Shown here piece by piece: positions 17,578 to 27,908 of a stretch of DNA of 64,000 nucleotides. The notes beneath the pieces were generated by a model. The model was given only the letters and a program-made list of their open reading frames with translations. It searched no databases and was not told the origin of the DNA. Both the position numbers and the translations under genes were made by a program. Position 1 is the first letter of the stretch. Every line of letters starts with the position of its first letter. Origin of the DNA: an uncultured Methanoregulaceae archaeon (GTDB lineage Archaea; Halobacteriota; Methanomicrobia; Methanomicrobiales; Methanospirillaceae); assembly GCA_963737635.1 (NCBI GenBank), contig CAVTTL010000001.1:416001-480000 (forward strand), in the 5' to 3' direction.

Positions 17578-18766
17578 TGCATCCTCCGTCTTTTGCCGTT
17601 TTCTGGTACAAGGGAGACATGTCCCTTAGGCGGGACACTACTTTTGGCAGTACCTCGAGCACGACATCGATATCCTCTTCGGTGTTGATATCACCGAGCG
17701 TCAGCCGCAACGACCCATGCGAAATCTCTACCGGGAGGCCGGTGGCAAGCAGGACGTGCGATGGTTCAAGCGAGCCCGATGTACAGGCACTGCCAGTCGA
17801 TGCGCATATGCCTTCGTCGTCTAACCACAGGAGCATGGATTCCCCTTCAATGAATTCAAAGCTAACATTAAGATTCCCTGACAGCCGTTCTGTCGGGTGA
17901 CCGTTAAGGCGGGCATGGGGGATCTTTTCAAGAATGCCTTGAAGGAGCCGGTCGCGCATCTTCTGGATCCGTACATTATGGCCCGCGATATCGGCAGTTA
18001 CAAGTTCGATAGCTTTCCCACAGCCAACGATTCCGGCAATATTCTCGGTACCGGCCCGTTTCTTTCGTTCCTGGCCGCCTCCGTGAATCAGGTTCTCAAT
18101 ACGGACACCGTTCCTGATATAGAGCGCCCCGACCCCTTTTGGGCCATAGAATTTGTGAGCGGAGAGGGAGAGCAGGTCGATATTCTGTGATTTTACATCT
18201 ATGGGTACATTCCCGATCGCTTGGACTGCATCGGTGTGGAAATACACCTTGTGCTTCTGGGCGACGGCCGCGAGTTCCTGGATCGGTTCGATCGTGCCGA
18301 TCTCGTTGTTCGCGTACATGATCGATACGAGAATAGTCTTTTCAGTGATCGCCTTTTCAAGATCTGCCGGATCAACGAGGCCGTACCGATCTACCGGGAG
18401 GTATGTAACCGTAAAACCTTCTTTTTCGAGGAACTGGCAGGTGTGGAGGACAGCATGGTGCTCAATTTTTGTCGTTATAATATGAGTACCCCGTTTCCGG
18501 TTGGCGTATGCGACACCTTTTATCGCCCAATTGTCAGATTCGCTTCCTCCTGATGTGAAATAGACTTCATCAGGTAGTGCCCCAACCGCTTTTGCCACCT
18601 GTGCACGCGCCGTGTCAATCGCTTGTTTCGATTCGCGCGCAATGCCGTAAATCGACGAGGGATTGCCAAAGTGCTGGGTAAAATAGGGCAGCATCGCATC
18701 GACGACCTCTTCCTTTGCGTACGTCGTTGCGGAATGATCCATATAGATGATACGCTGTTTTACCAT
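17570..18766 (-). CDS. iscS: Cysteine desulfurase IscS/NifS
   Basis: YMDHSATT, SAHKFYGPKG (PLP lysine), STGSACTS. Confidence 0.96.
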   Translation of the reverse strand: MVKQRIIYMDHSATTYAKEEVVDAMLPYFTQHFGNPSSIYGIARESKQAIDTARAQVAKAVGALPDEVYFTSGGSESDNWAIKGVAYANRKRGTHIITTKIEHHAVLHTCQFLEKEGFTVTYLPVDRYGLVDPADLEKAITEKTILVSIMYANNEIGTIEPIQELAAVAQKHKVYFHTDAVQAIGNVPIDVKSQNIDLLSLSAHKFYGPKGVGALYIRNGVRIENLIHGGGQERKKRAGTENIAGIVGCGKAIELVTADIAGHNVRIQKMRDRLLQGILEKIPHARLNGHPTERLSGNLNVSFEFIEGESMLLWLDDEGICASTGSACTSGSLEPSHVLLATGLPVEISHGSLRLTLGDINTEEDIDVVLEVLPKVVSRLRDMSPLYQKTAKDGGCNV

Positions 18767-18933
18767 GCTCTCTTTCCTTGTGTTCGTGAATATCTGTGCC
18801 CATCGTCTGATTATTCTTTTGTTCCCTGATAATCCGGGCTATCGTTTATTGGCCGCCCTGGTACTTTCCTTTTTCCTCACCGGACCCCGCATGAACAGCG
18901 CAAATTCGATAACGTTTTATGGCCACGCAACAA

Positions 18934-18976
18934 ATTCACAATTGTGAATACAATCTCTTATGTAACAATTGTGATA
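18934..18976. promoter_or_regulatory. Tandem palindromic operator candidates between the divergent iscS and HTH operons
   Basis: Perfect 16-bp palindrome ATTCACAATTGTGAAT (18934-18949); second ACAATTGTGA at 18965. Confidence 0.6.
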
Positions 18977-18992
18977 ACTTAAAGGTTGTGAT

Positions 18993-19334
18993 ATGATGGA
19001 AGCCCCCTGCCAGAAGGTTGTATGGGATGTATTCCCGGCGATCCGTGCAGCCATCGCAGTTGAGCTCGTGAAGTGTGGCGTATCCCAAGTCGAAGCAGCA
19101 CGGATGCTTGCAATTGCACCCTCTGCGGTATCCCAGTACCTCTCCGGGAAACGAGGCTACCGTATTGAATTTGAGAATGATGTAAAACAGTCGATAGAAC
19201 AACTGGCACGGGATTTAATGGATGGCAAAGATGTAAACCTTGTACAGCGCACCTGCGACATATGTCGCCAGCTCCGTGAAGGAGAAGAGTACCAGTGCGG
19301 AAGCACCTCTGAAAATAGCAGGGGCGGCAGCTGA
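18993..19334 (+). CDS. HTH transcriptional regulator (COG2522-like) with Cys motifs
   Basis: PCQ..., SQVEAARMLAIAPSAVSQYLSGKRG HTH, CDIC. Confidence 0.85.
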   Translation: MMEAPCQKVVWDVFPAIRAAIAVELVKCGVSQVEAARMLAIAPSAVSQYLSGKRGYRIEFENDVKQSIEQLARDLMDGKDVNLVQRTCDICRQLREGEEYQCGSTSENSRGGS

Positions 19335-19370
19335 TCTTCGGTTTTTTTCGTGCATAAAGGATTTTCAGGT

Positions 19371-20195
19371 ATGGATATCCCGGTTCGTCGCAAACAACTT
19401 CTCCTGAACATAGCGGGAAGAGGGTCCATGCTCGTCGCTTTCTCTGGCGGCGTGGACAGCAGTCTGCTTGCGGTGCTTGCCAAAAAAGCACTTGGGAAGA
19501 AATCCCGGTGTGTCCTTCTCGACAGCCCGGTTGTCCCTCGGGAAGCGGTTGACGAGGCACGGTCGATTGCAGAGAAATATGACCTTGACCTTGAGATCAT
19601 TCCTGTCAATATCATGGACGACGAGCGGTTCACGCGAAATCCTGCAGAACGCTGTTTCTGGTGCAAAAAAAACTCAGCCAAGATGCTGAAACAGCGATCC
19701 CATGAACTGGGATTTGCCTGTGTTGCCGACGGTATCAATGTTTCGGATACAGGAGAGCACCGGCCCGGCCTGGCCGCGAGCACCGAAGCGGGGATTGTCC
19801 ATCCTTTCCTCGATTCAGGATTGACGAAAAGTGATATACGGGAAATTGCGCGGGCAGAGGGATTGTCATTCTGGGATAAACCCTCGGCAGCCTGTCTTTC
19901 ATCCCGCATTCCCTACGGCGATACAATCACCTGTGAAAAACTCCATATGGTCGAAGAGGCCGAGGCCTTCCTTCATAGGGAGGGGTTCAGGCAGGTAAGG
20001 GTCAGGGTTCACGGAAAAGTTGCCCGCATCGAAGTACCTAAAGAGGAGATGAATGCATTACTGAGTATGCATAATGTGGTAGCAGGTGCCTTTCGATCGC
20101 TCGGATTTTCGTACGTGACCCTCGATCTGGAAGGGTACCGGAGCGGGAGCATGGACGAAGTGCTCCCGGCTAACCACAAATCATCCTATCGATAA
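19371..20195 (+). CDS. larE: LarE-family ATP-dependent sulfur insertase
   Basis: SGGVDS PP-loop, RCFWCK, RPGL, KPSAACLSSRIPYG, GYRSGSM. Confidence 0.9.
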   Translation: MDIPVRRKQLLLNIAGRGSMLVAFSGGVDSSLLAVLAKKALGKKSRCVLLDSPVVPREAVDEARSIAEKYDLDLEIIPVNIMDDERFTRNPAERCFWCKKNSAKMLKQRSHELGFACVADGINVSDTGEHRPGLAASTEAGIVHPFLDSGLTKSDIREIARAEGLSFWDKPSAACLSSRIPYGDTITCEKLHMVEEAEAFLHREGFRQVRVRVHGKVARIEVPKEEMNALLSMHNVVAGAFRSLGFSYVTLDLEGYRSGSMDEVLPANHKSSYR

Positions 20196-20202
20196 ATGCC
20201 TG

Positions 20203-20988
20203 GTGACAAAGATGACGGTTCCGATGTTTAAGCACCTGCCCTGCATAAAGATGGATGGCGATACAGCAAAAGCCGGGACCCATGAGGTCATCGATGAAGT
20301 CCCTGAGGCCCTGTTCGTGAACGGCAGGCACGCGATGACTGCTATGATGAGCCCGGTCGGTCTTGAGGATTTTGTTACCGGCTACCTGTTTACCGAGCAG
20401 ATCATCAAGGGTGCAGATGAGATAGAGTCCATCAGGATCGAAACAAACCGTATCAGTGTCATCACAAAAAACCTTTTCAAAGTACTTGGCCCAAAAAAAA
20501 CGATTCTCTCCGGTTGCGGGGGAGCTGCATCTTTTATCGACACCGAAAAACTTCCCAAGATCACTTCGGGCGTATCTTTCACACCTGACCTGCTCCGGAC
20601 TACTACAAGGGATGTGCTCGAATCCGAACTACACAAGATCACCGGGGGGATCCATGTAGTCGGACTCGCGTCGAAAAGCGGTGTTATCTCCCGATCCGAG
20701 GATATCGGGAGGCACAATGCGCTCGACCGCGTGATTGGCTACGGCCTCAGAAACAACATCGATCTTTCTGAAACGTTTGCCATCTGCTCCGGCCGCGTAT
20801 CATCCGAGATGGTGCGCAAATGCCTTGTCGCAAATATCCCGGTCATAGTTTCACGCGGCGCAACAACGACACTTGCCGTTACTATCGGAGAGCAAACAGG
20901 AGTATGTATCGTCGGTTTTGTCCGCAGCACAAAAATGAATATTTATTCCCACCCAGAACGGGTGCTGGGCGCTCCCTCACTTCCCTAA
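20203..20988 (+). CDS. fdhD: Formate dehydrogenase accessory sulfurtransferase
   Basis: SGCG, TGGIH, EDIGRHNALD, SGRVSSEMVRK. Confidence 0.92.
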   Translation: MTKMTVPMFKHLPCIKMDGDTAKAGTHEVIDEVPEALFVNGRHAMTAMMSPVGLEDFVTGYLFTEQIIKGADEIESIRIETNRISVITKNLFKVLGPKKTILSGCGGAASFIDTEKLPKITSGVSFTPDLLRTTTRDVLESELHKITGGIHVVGLASKSGVISRSEDIGRHNALDRVIGYGLRNNIDLSETFAICSGRVSSEMVRKCLVANIPVIVSRGATTTLAVTIGEQTGVCIVGFVRSTKMNIYSHPERVLGAPSLP

Positions 20989-21927
20989 TGAGTGCCGGAG
21001 CCGGCAGATCTGGCAGATATTGCCTGAGCAAGGGTCCCCGCATTCCTGGCAGCGGTGCAGGGGTTCCATGACCGGCGTTCCCGCACAATACCGTTCGATA
21101 CTCTTTTTACTCTGTGCGAGGTGCTGCATCGTCCCGGGATGCAGGCACTCCAGCCCCGTGAGCATTGTTCGTACTTCAGCCCGTAATGCGTATTTCGTAT
21201 ATGGGCATTCCGGTAGTACAGAGAAGAGACCCCGCACAAACAGGTAAGCCGCGATCTCCTTTTCCGTGACGGCAGCAAGGGGTTTTATCCGGGGGAGGAA
21301 AAGGGCCGACTTTCCGGTCCCCGTATTGCGGATGAGCCGTGGGAGATCCCCCCGCAGGGCGTTCATCAGCACCGACTGGGCCTCATCATCGAGATTGTGG
21401 CCGGTCGCGATCACGGTTGCCCCGGCATCACGGGCTGCATCAGCGAGTGCTTTTTTACGCAAAATGCCACAGATCGTACAGGCCTGTTCCTCACGTCCTG
21501 AAAGCAGGGTATCGAGGTCGTCACCGATAAGGTCACGGAACGAGACGATGTGATGATCCACTCCGAGCTGTTTGGTCAGTGCTTTTGCAGCCTGAAGCGT
21601 AGCGGCGCGGTACCCGGCAATGCCCTCGTCAACGGTGATGGCGACGAGATCTGCCCCTGGCCACGCACGCAACAGCCGGGAAAGGAGGAGGAGGAGCGCG
21701 GTACTGTCCTTTCCCCCGCTTAATGCCACAGCCACCCGGTCACCCGCGTGGATCTGTCCAGCCTCATCTATGGCTGATGCAACCCGTGTTTCTATCTCAT
21801 AAACAAGATGTGTACCGCAAAGGTGACGATGGTCGGCCGGCTGGTATATCACCGCCGGTTCACTGCAACAGGAGCAGACCGGAACATCGCTATGCGCGGC
21901 AGGAGGTGCCAACGATCTAGCCCCCAT
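20977..21927 (-). CDS. ncsA: tRNA 2-thiolation enzyme, TtuA/NcsA family
   Basis: SGGKDS, CTICG, TGHNLDD, ECPY, Zn fingers at both ends. Confidence 0.85.
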   Translation of the reverse strand: MGARSLAPPAAHSDVPVCSCCSEPAVIYQPADHRHLCGTHLVYEIETRVASAIDEAGQIHAGDRVAVALSGGKDSTALLLLLSRLLRAWPGADLVAITVDEGIAGYRAATLQAAKALTKQLGVDHHIVSFRDLIGDDLDTLLSGREEQACTICGILRKKALADAARDAGATVIATGHNLDDEAQSVLMNALRGDLPRLIRNTGTGKSALFLPRIKPLAAVTEKEIAAYLFVRGLFSVLPECPYTKYALRAEVRTMLTGLECLHPGTMQHLAQSKKSIERYCAGTPVMEPLHRCQECGDPCSGNICQICRLRHSLGK

Positions 21928-22111
21928 GCGCGATCCGGATGACCCAGATCTCATCGTCCCCGTTGATTGCTGCCTGCTCCGGAACAAGTGTCCCGTTCCG
22001 GGACACCATTACTTCCAGGGGATTTATTCCGAGCTCGTTCAGGAGTGCCGCGACTGTACCGGGGCTATGCTCCATCACACGGATGCTCTGGTCCGGCAGA
22101 ATAATCTTCAT
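21917..22111 (-). CDS. ThiS/TtuB-like ubiquitin-like sulfur carrier
   Basis: 64 aa, TVAALLNELGI..RNG..., C-terminal GG; overlaps the ncsA start. Confidence 0.85.
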   Translation of the reverse strand: MKIILPDQSIRVMEHSPGTVAALLNELGINPLEVMVSRNGTLVPEQAAINGDDEIWVIRIAHGG

Positions 22112-22246
22112 ATCGTCGAAAGAATATAGGAATCCCGGGTGCATAAACATCCCGGTACTGCTGTTTTCCGCCAGCGACTTTTTGATGCACCGCGACACAC
22201 TACTAGGATACAACCCCACGAGCGTTTGCCGATGCAGGACATAGCT

Positions 22247-23139
22247 ATGCTGCAGAACGAGATCCTGCAGCTCAAGAAGAAAAAGAACGCGATCATCCTC
22301 GCACATAACTACCAGCGTGCCGAGGTCCAAGATATCGCTGACGTAACCGGGGATTCACTGGAACTGGCGCGTGCTGCGGCGGCGATGAACGGTGACATTA
22401 TTGTTTTCTGCGGAGTCGATTTCATGGCAGAAACCGCCGCCATTCTCGCCCCGGAAAAAACGGTTCTGTTACCTGCTCCGGATGCCTGCTGTCCCATGGC
22501 GGGCATGGTTACCGCGGCAGAGTCAGGTTCGCCCGTGCCCGCCACCCTGATGCCGCAGTTGTCTGTTACGTAAATACCACTGCTGACGTCAAAGCAGAAA
22601 GCGATATATGCTGTACCTCAGCAAACGCGGTGAACGTGGTAAATGCAGTACAGGATGATACGGTAATTTTTGTCCCGGATAAAAACCTCGGGCAATACGT
22701 GGCGCGGTTCACCAAAAAGACGGTTCTTTCCTGGGAAGGGTTCTGTCTGGTTCATGACCGCTATACCCCTGCTGATGTGGCGATTGCGAAACAGGCGCAC
22801 CCGGACGCTGCCGTGCTCGTCCATCCGGAGTGCCGGCCCGAGATTATCGATCTTGCCGATCAGGTTGCAAGCACTTCGGGGATTGTCCGACACGTCAAAT
22901 CTGCATCCGGAAGTGAGTTTATTATTGGCACGGAAATCGGAATCCTTCACCGGCTTGCAAAAGAGTGCCCGGACAAACGATGTTACCCACTCTCGGAAAA
23001 AGCCGTCTGCGTGAACATGAAAAAAACCACTCTTGCACATGTCCGGGACGCGCTGGTAACGACCAGACCCGTGATCACGGTACCGGATGAGACTGCGGCC
23101 CGTGCCCGCAATGCCATCGAACGCATGCTCACGCTCTGA
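22247..23139 (+). CDS. nadA: Quinolinate synthase A, frameshift near 22520
   Basis: [26 protein letters not shown]; then YVNT, CTSANA, PDKNLG, HPEC, CVNMK. Confidence 0.92.
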
Positions 23140-23269
23140 TAAATATCCGTCCGATGTATAGAATTATTATTTCATAGCCTGCATAGGATTCATGCGGCTA
23201 AAACCTGTACCGCTTGAAACCACTGGAGAGTGGTTTTACAAATATATGCGGCTAAAGGAGAGGATTACG

Positions 23270-24133
23270 ATGTCCGACAACGAAGAAGACATTCATATAA
23301 TAGAGGCAGTAGGACGATCAAAGATTGTTATAAAAAATGGGAATGTGGCTGAAGTTTCCGTCTCACGGCTCCGCCAGTGCCCGCTCGCAAAAAAGTTCGC
23401 CCGACCTATTAATGAAATTACACCGGAAGAGGTCAAGGCCAACATCGAACACCGGATGGATTCGTGGGGTATGTGCCGGCCGAACCGGAAGGTGACCGGG
23501 ACCGTGGACTTCGTCGGGTTTGGCGCGTCCGAATTGATCAGCTCCGGCATTCTCGATGGAAGTCTCAACGCGGCGGTGCTCGCGTGTGACGGTGCTGGAA
23601 CCGTGATTGTAACGACCCCGGAGATGGTGCAGGGAATCGGCGGCAGAATGTCAGGACTCGTGAGTACATCACCGCACCCGGATGAGATGGACCGGATCGA
23701 GCAGACCGGGGGTATGGTCCTCGATAGGGCCAAAGCAACCATAGATCCGGTTTTGGGGGTTGCCCGGGCGTATGAGAAAGGTTTTACTCATGTAGCTGTT
23801 ACAGTGGCATCGGCAGATACTGCCGTCGCAATCCGGACGAAATTTCCGGATGCATTCATCTTTGGAGTACACATGAGTGGCATCACTGAAGCGGATGCCG
23901 ATACCATTGTCAGAGTCGCAGATATCGTGACAGCATGTGCCTCGAAATGGATCTGGCAGATCGCCGGGGCCAGAGCACTTCTTCAGGCAGGCACCGCAGT
24001 CCCGGTCTTTGCACTCACCAAACGGGGCAGGCAGCTCATCCTCAACAAGATCGCCCGGTCGGACCGGCCAGTGCTTGTATCAGGGTCAAAACTTCCGGTT
24101 TATGGCCCGGAACTTCCCGATCCCCTGCTGTAA
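23270..24133 (+). CDS. Methanogenesis marker protein 8 (DUF2099-like)
   Basis: HIIEAVG, CPL, FVGFGASE, CDGAGTV, VQGIGGRMSGL, CASK. Confidence 0.85.
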   Translation: MSDNEEDIHIIEAVGRSKIVIKNGNVAEVSVSRLRQCPLAKKFARPINEITPEEVKANIEHRMDSWGMCRPNRKVTGTVDFVGFGASELISSGILDGSLNAAVLACDGAGTVIVTTPEMVQGIGGRMSGLVSTSPHPDEMDRIEQTGGMVLDRAKATIDPVLGVARAYEKGFTHVAVTVASADTAVAIRTKFPDAFIFGVHMSGITEADADTIVRVADIVTACASKWIWQIAGARALLQAGTAVPVFALTKRGRQLILNKIARSDRPVLVSGSKLPVYGPELPDPLL

Positions 24134-24150
24134 AAAGTCAGAAAGGAATC

Positions 24151-25307
24151 TCAACAGGATCTTCTTTTTCCCGTCTGTCTTCGAACTATCGTTTGCGAAA
24201 AAGCACCCATGAACCGGTCCCGGATCTGTTCCGGGGACAGGGGAATATTGGGGACATCACTGTTGCCGGGACAGATACGGGTATGTATGAATGATGGGCC
24301 CTTACCCACCGCATCGACCAGTGCCGTCTCGAGCTCGCACGCCTCGTGCACAGTTACCGACTGTGTGAAACCCGCACCAAGCGCCATAAGTGCAAGGTCT
24401 GCGGTGTCCTGCCCGGGTCGGGGCTGGTTACCGGTGCTGCCAAAGACACCGTTGTCAAGGGCGACAACAGTGAGGTTTGCAGGTGCTGCCGCTGCTATCA
24501 CCGGAAGGATTGCAGAACCGAGCAGGCTGCCGTCACCATCGATCACGATCACTCTTTTGTCCGGCCGCGCCGTTGCAATGCCGAGCCCGATCGCAGAGGC
24601 CTGCGTGTAACTACCCAGCATGTAGAAGTTCTCCGGCAGTCCCGGGTCGCATAAAGCTCTTTTGACGGGACGCCTATGTTTGCGACTAAGACTTCATCAT
24701 GTATTGTTCCCGCAATGGCCCGGATCGCTTCCAACCGGCTCATCACGGGAGTACGCCATTTTCGTTCGTAGCAGATTGAAAATGGCCGGGAAGGAACAGG
24801 CAGACACTGTACACTGCAGTTGGTCTCTTCAAGGCATTCCGGCCGTATGAGAATAACGTGCGGAGTTCGATTTTTGTATGCCTCGGCGACGGCATCTCCG
24901 ATCTCAAGCTGCGAATCAGGCCCGGAAACGTCTGTCCAAGGGATACCTGCTGCGGAAAGAATGGCCGGAAGAGGGCGGTTGAACGGGATCTGGGCAGGAA
25001 TCTTTTCCCCTTCGCACCCCCGCCAGCTTGCAAGAATCGGAAGCGGCAGGCCAAAGGTCACCGAAAGGGAAAGAATCGCGTTGAGCATGTTTCCAAGACC
25101 CGAGCTCTGGAGGGCGACCGCCGGGCGGGAACCGGCAAGGTACACACCGGCGGATATGCCAACGCCGTCCTCTTCCCGGGCCAGGCCGATATGCCGGAAG
25201 TTTTGAGGCAACTTAAAAAAAAGCCCTTTCGCCCGGTCACAGGGAACCGAGCTGATAATATCGATCCTCTGTCTTTTTAGTTCGCTGATAATCTGATCTT
25301 CATCCAT
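24151..25307 (-). CDS. comDE: Fused sulfopyruvate decarboxylase ComDE, frameshift near 24635
   Basis: SVPCD, REEDGVG, QSSGLGN, NIGVPSKEL; then NFYMLGS, DGDGSLL, DNG..GSTGNQ ThDP motif. Confidence 0.9.
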
Positions 25308-26571
25308 AGTGCGAAATCCACTCTTTGAGTTCTGCCTTGATATCGTCGCAAAGCCCGGGTGTGGTCACTGCAGACGATTTGATCGGGAAGAGGGAATAAT
25401 CTTCCCGGACCCTCTCGTATCCACCACCGGTAATGTTGAGGAGGATATAATCATTCGCCCCTATAGCCCCGGTCTCTGTTGAGTGCATAAGTGCGGCCAG
25501 AGCAATCGCTGCCGCAGGGTCAGGATCGATTTCCACAGTATCCCGGATAAGCTGTGACGCTTTCTTTCCCTCTTCATTTGATACTGAGTACATACAGCCA
25601 TCTGTTGCCTGCAACGCGTCAAAGAGCCCGCCCGCAATTCCATAGGGAGGCGTTCGGTTGGTAAGGACCGGGGACATGACTGCATGTATGGCGTTGGACA
25701 TATCTGGCATATCAAGATCCGGGTCGATTGTCCGCCTTCCCTGCTGCCATGCCGAGACCATCGGTGTAAACGGTTTATTCTGGGCGAGATGGAGGCGGGG
25801 AAGCGATGCACCGTACCTGCTATCTTCGATAAGCCGGAGAGCTGCCTCCCACGCAGCAATAGCCCCCGTTCCGCTGCCAACCGCTTGGAAATAATGATCG
25901 GGAATTCTGCCAAGGGTGACTGCTGCATCGAGCATCACCGTTCCCATACCGTCCCTGCGGGCGACGTTCTTTGCTCCACCTTCGGGTACGCATCCGGGAA
26001 CACAAGCAAGTGCGTTGCTCACCGTAATCGCATCTGTGTAATCTCCATCGACGGCAACAAGGAATATATCATGCGCAGGAGTCGTTGTCCAGAGACGCGA
26101 GACTGCATCCTTGGGCACAACAATAACCACGGGTTTTTTGTACTGCGCTGATAGCCCGGCAAAAGCCCGGCCGGTGTTTCCGGCAGAGGCGATCACCGGG
26201 ACCTGTTTTCCTAATTCCCAGAGCCGTTGCAGGGTGGGCAGGGCTTCGAGTTCCTTGAACGAACCGGTCGTTAGGAATGCCTCATGTTCAGGGCAGTACC
26301 CGGAAAATGAGATGGCAAGCCGGGAAAGGCCAGTCTCCCGGGAAAGCGCGGTACTGGTAAACGTCACCGGGCCTCCCGAGGGAAGAAGGGGGTGCGTCAC
26401 CGGCAGCCAGCAGAGATACCGGAAGATTCCACGGTGAGGTGCAAGATTTAACCTTCGGCCGCTGTACTCAGTGCGAAGCAGGGAATTGTGGCGGGCAGGG
26501 CACGATAGGGAGGTCGTATCAGGAACGATCTCTCCACCGCCGATGCACCGGATTCGGTACTTGGGAATCAT
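25300..26571 (-). CDS. Cysteate synthase (threonine-synthase-like PLP enzyme)
   Basis: TGSFKELEA, ASAGNTGRAF, EGGAKNVARRDGMGT, YFQAVGSGTG; overlaps the comDE start. Confidence 0.88.
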   Translation of the reverse strand: MIPKYRIRCIGGGEIVPDTTSLSCPARHNSLLRTEYSGRRLNLAPHRGIFRYLCWLPVTHPLLPSGGPVTFTSTALSRETGLSRLAISFSGYCPEHEAFLTTGSFKELEALPTLQRLWELGKQVPVIASAGNTGRAFAGLSAQYKKPVVIVVPKDAVSRLWTTTPAHDIFLVAVDGDYTDAITVSNALACVPGCVPEGGAKNVARRDGMGTVMLDAAVTLGRIPDHYFQAVGSGTGAIAAWEAALRLIEDSRYGASLPRLHLAQNKPFTPMVSAWQQGRRTIDPDLDMPDMSNAIHAVMSPVLTNRTPPYGIAGGLFDALQATDGCMYSVSNEEGKKASQLIRDTVEIDPDPAAAIALAALMHSTETGAIGANDYILLNITGGGYERVREDYSLFPIKSSAVTTPGLCDDIKAELKEWISHYG

Positions 26572-26581
26572 GCATCTCCAC

Positions 26582-27196
26582 TTATAGGATACGAATATCC
26601 TCTACTCTCACATGCACCCCGTCTTTTTTCTTCAGGACCATGTTAACAAGAGCGGTATGGGCCAGATCGATCATGCAGTACCCCGGCAGGAACCTCTGCC
26701 GAAGGCCCAGAGTCGGAGGACGGAGAACTGTCTCAGCAATACCCTCGAATGCATGAACATGGTAGGCCTGCACATCAAACCCCTTCTCCTTCCTTGCTGC
26801 GAGGGGGCCCACCGTGTGGCACTCAAGTACGCCGGTAACGGGATTTGCGGAGAGAACACGAAGTGCGTGGTAGAGCGGGCAGCCGGGTCCGGCAGGACGT
26901 CCTGTAACAAGCGCGCCCGGCTTGATGTCCCACTTCTCCACGAGATCTGCCCGGAATGGAACGATGAACTTGCGCGCAGAAGGTTCCCCGGGGAACGCCC
27001 GTATAATAAAGTCATATTTAGCCCCGGTCACATCGGTGCCGGAATAATGAGATAAATTAGGTGGGGTGCACCGTTCCGTAGCATGGAACGGGCAGTCAAT
27101 TTCTGCCTTTTTCCCCTTTTTTACGGCTTCTACAAAATCCTCACAGGTTGATAGGCCACACGAACCGCAATTGTTGCCGGGGGGAACCCATGCCAT
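26582..27196 (-). CDS. Putative Fe-S protein (N-terminal CxxCx4C...CP domain)
   Basis: PGNNCGSCGLSTC...DCP; GRPAGPGCP, YCM. Confidence 0.8.
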   Translation of the reverse strand: MAWVPPGNNCGSCGLSTCEDFVEAVKKGKKAEIDCPFHATERCTPPNLSHYSGTDVTGAKYDFIIRAFPGEPSARKFIVPFRADLVEKWDIKPGALVTGRPAGPGCPLYHALRVLSANPVTGVLECHTVGPLAARKEKGFDVQAYHVHAFEGIAETVLRPPTLGLRQRFLPGYCMIDLAHTALVNMVLKKKDGVHVRVEDIRIL

Positions 27197-27200
27197 AGGT

Positions 27201-27908
27201 TCAGTCCCCCCGGTAAATATTGTCAGCCTCCTCCAGCGGCCGGATTACGCCGAAGTGGTGCTGCCACCCAATGTCTTTCTTGCCGATACAGATAGTGCAG
27301 ACCCCAAGGGGCGGCGTTCCCCGCAGCGAAATGGTCTCCGCATCACTGATCCCGGGGTATTTGTTGATAGCCTGAAGGAGGTAACGGAGTCCAGTACCCT
27401 GCACTGCATTGGTCTCAATGATATCGATATTCGGGACTACGCTCCTGATGCATTCCCTGAACACCTCTTTTTCAGCCTGTGATACTAGATCGGTTTTAGT
27501 GACAACCGCTGCATCGGCAAGGGCGATTAACGGCGCCATCTTGAGGGGCGAGTTACTCCCGGAGACTGCGGGAAGCACAGCGATACCGAATGCCTGGGTC
27601 GTGTACGGGGTGCACCTGAGGCAGAGCCCAGCACTCTCGATAATAAGCATACCTGCCTTAAGCCCCTCCGCCCATGTAATTGCATCCCTGAGTACCATGA
27701 TGCCCATGTGATCGGGGCACAGATCACCGGAATAGACCTTCCGGGTTGGGATGCCGAATTCCTCGTGGAGTTCCTCGTCCTCGAATGCCTTCACGACGTC
27801 GATCTTCAGGTATGCGGGTTTATCGGTCTTGGAAAACTTCTTTATTATCTGGCGGACAACGGCAGTCTTGCCGGCGCTTGGCGGACCGGCGACAATGACA
27901 AGCTTCAT
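27201..27908 (-). CDS. HypB/UreG-like G3E GTPase
   Basis: GPPSAGKT, CPDH, ESAGLCLRC, TKTD, C-terminal CTIC. Confidence 0.85.
   Translation of the reverse strand: MKLVIVAGPPSAGKTAVVRQIIKKFSKTDKPAYLKIDVVKAFEDEELHEEFGIPTRKVYSGDLCPDHMGIMVLRDAITWAEGLKAGMLIIESAGLCLRCTPYTTQAFGIAVLPAVSGSNSPLKMAPLIALADAAVVTKTDLVSQAEKEVFRECIRSVVPNIDIIETNAVQGTGLRYLLQAINKYPGISDAETISLRGTPPLGVCTICIGKKDIGWQHHFGVIRPLEEADNIYRGD

Noticed and set aside
23192-23256. Direct repeat ATGCGGCTAAA upstream of marker 8
   Set aside because: Only two 11-bp copies with no enclosed element; insufficient evidence.
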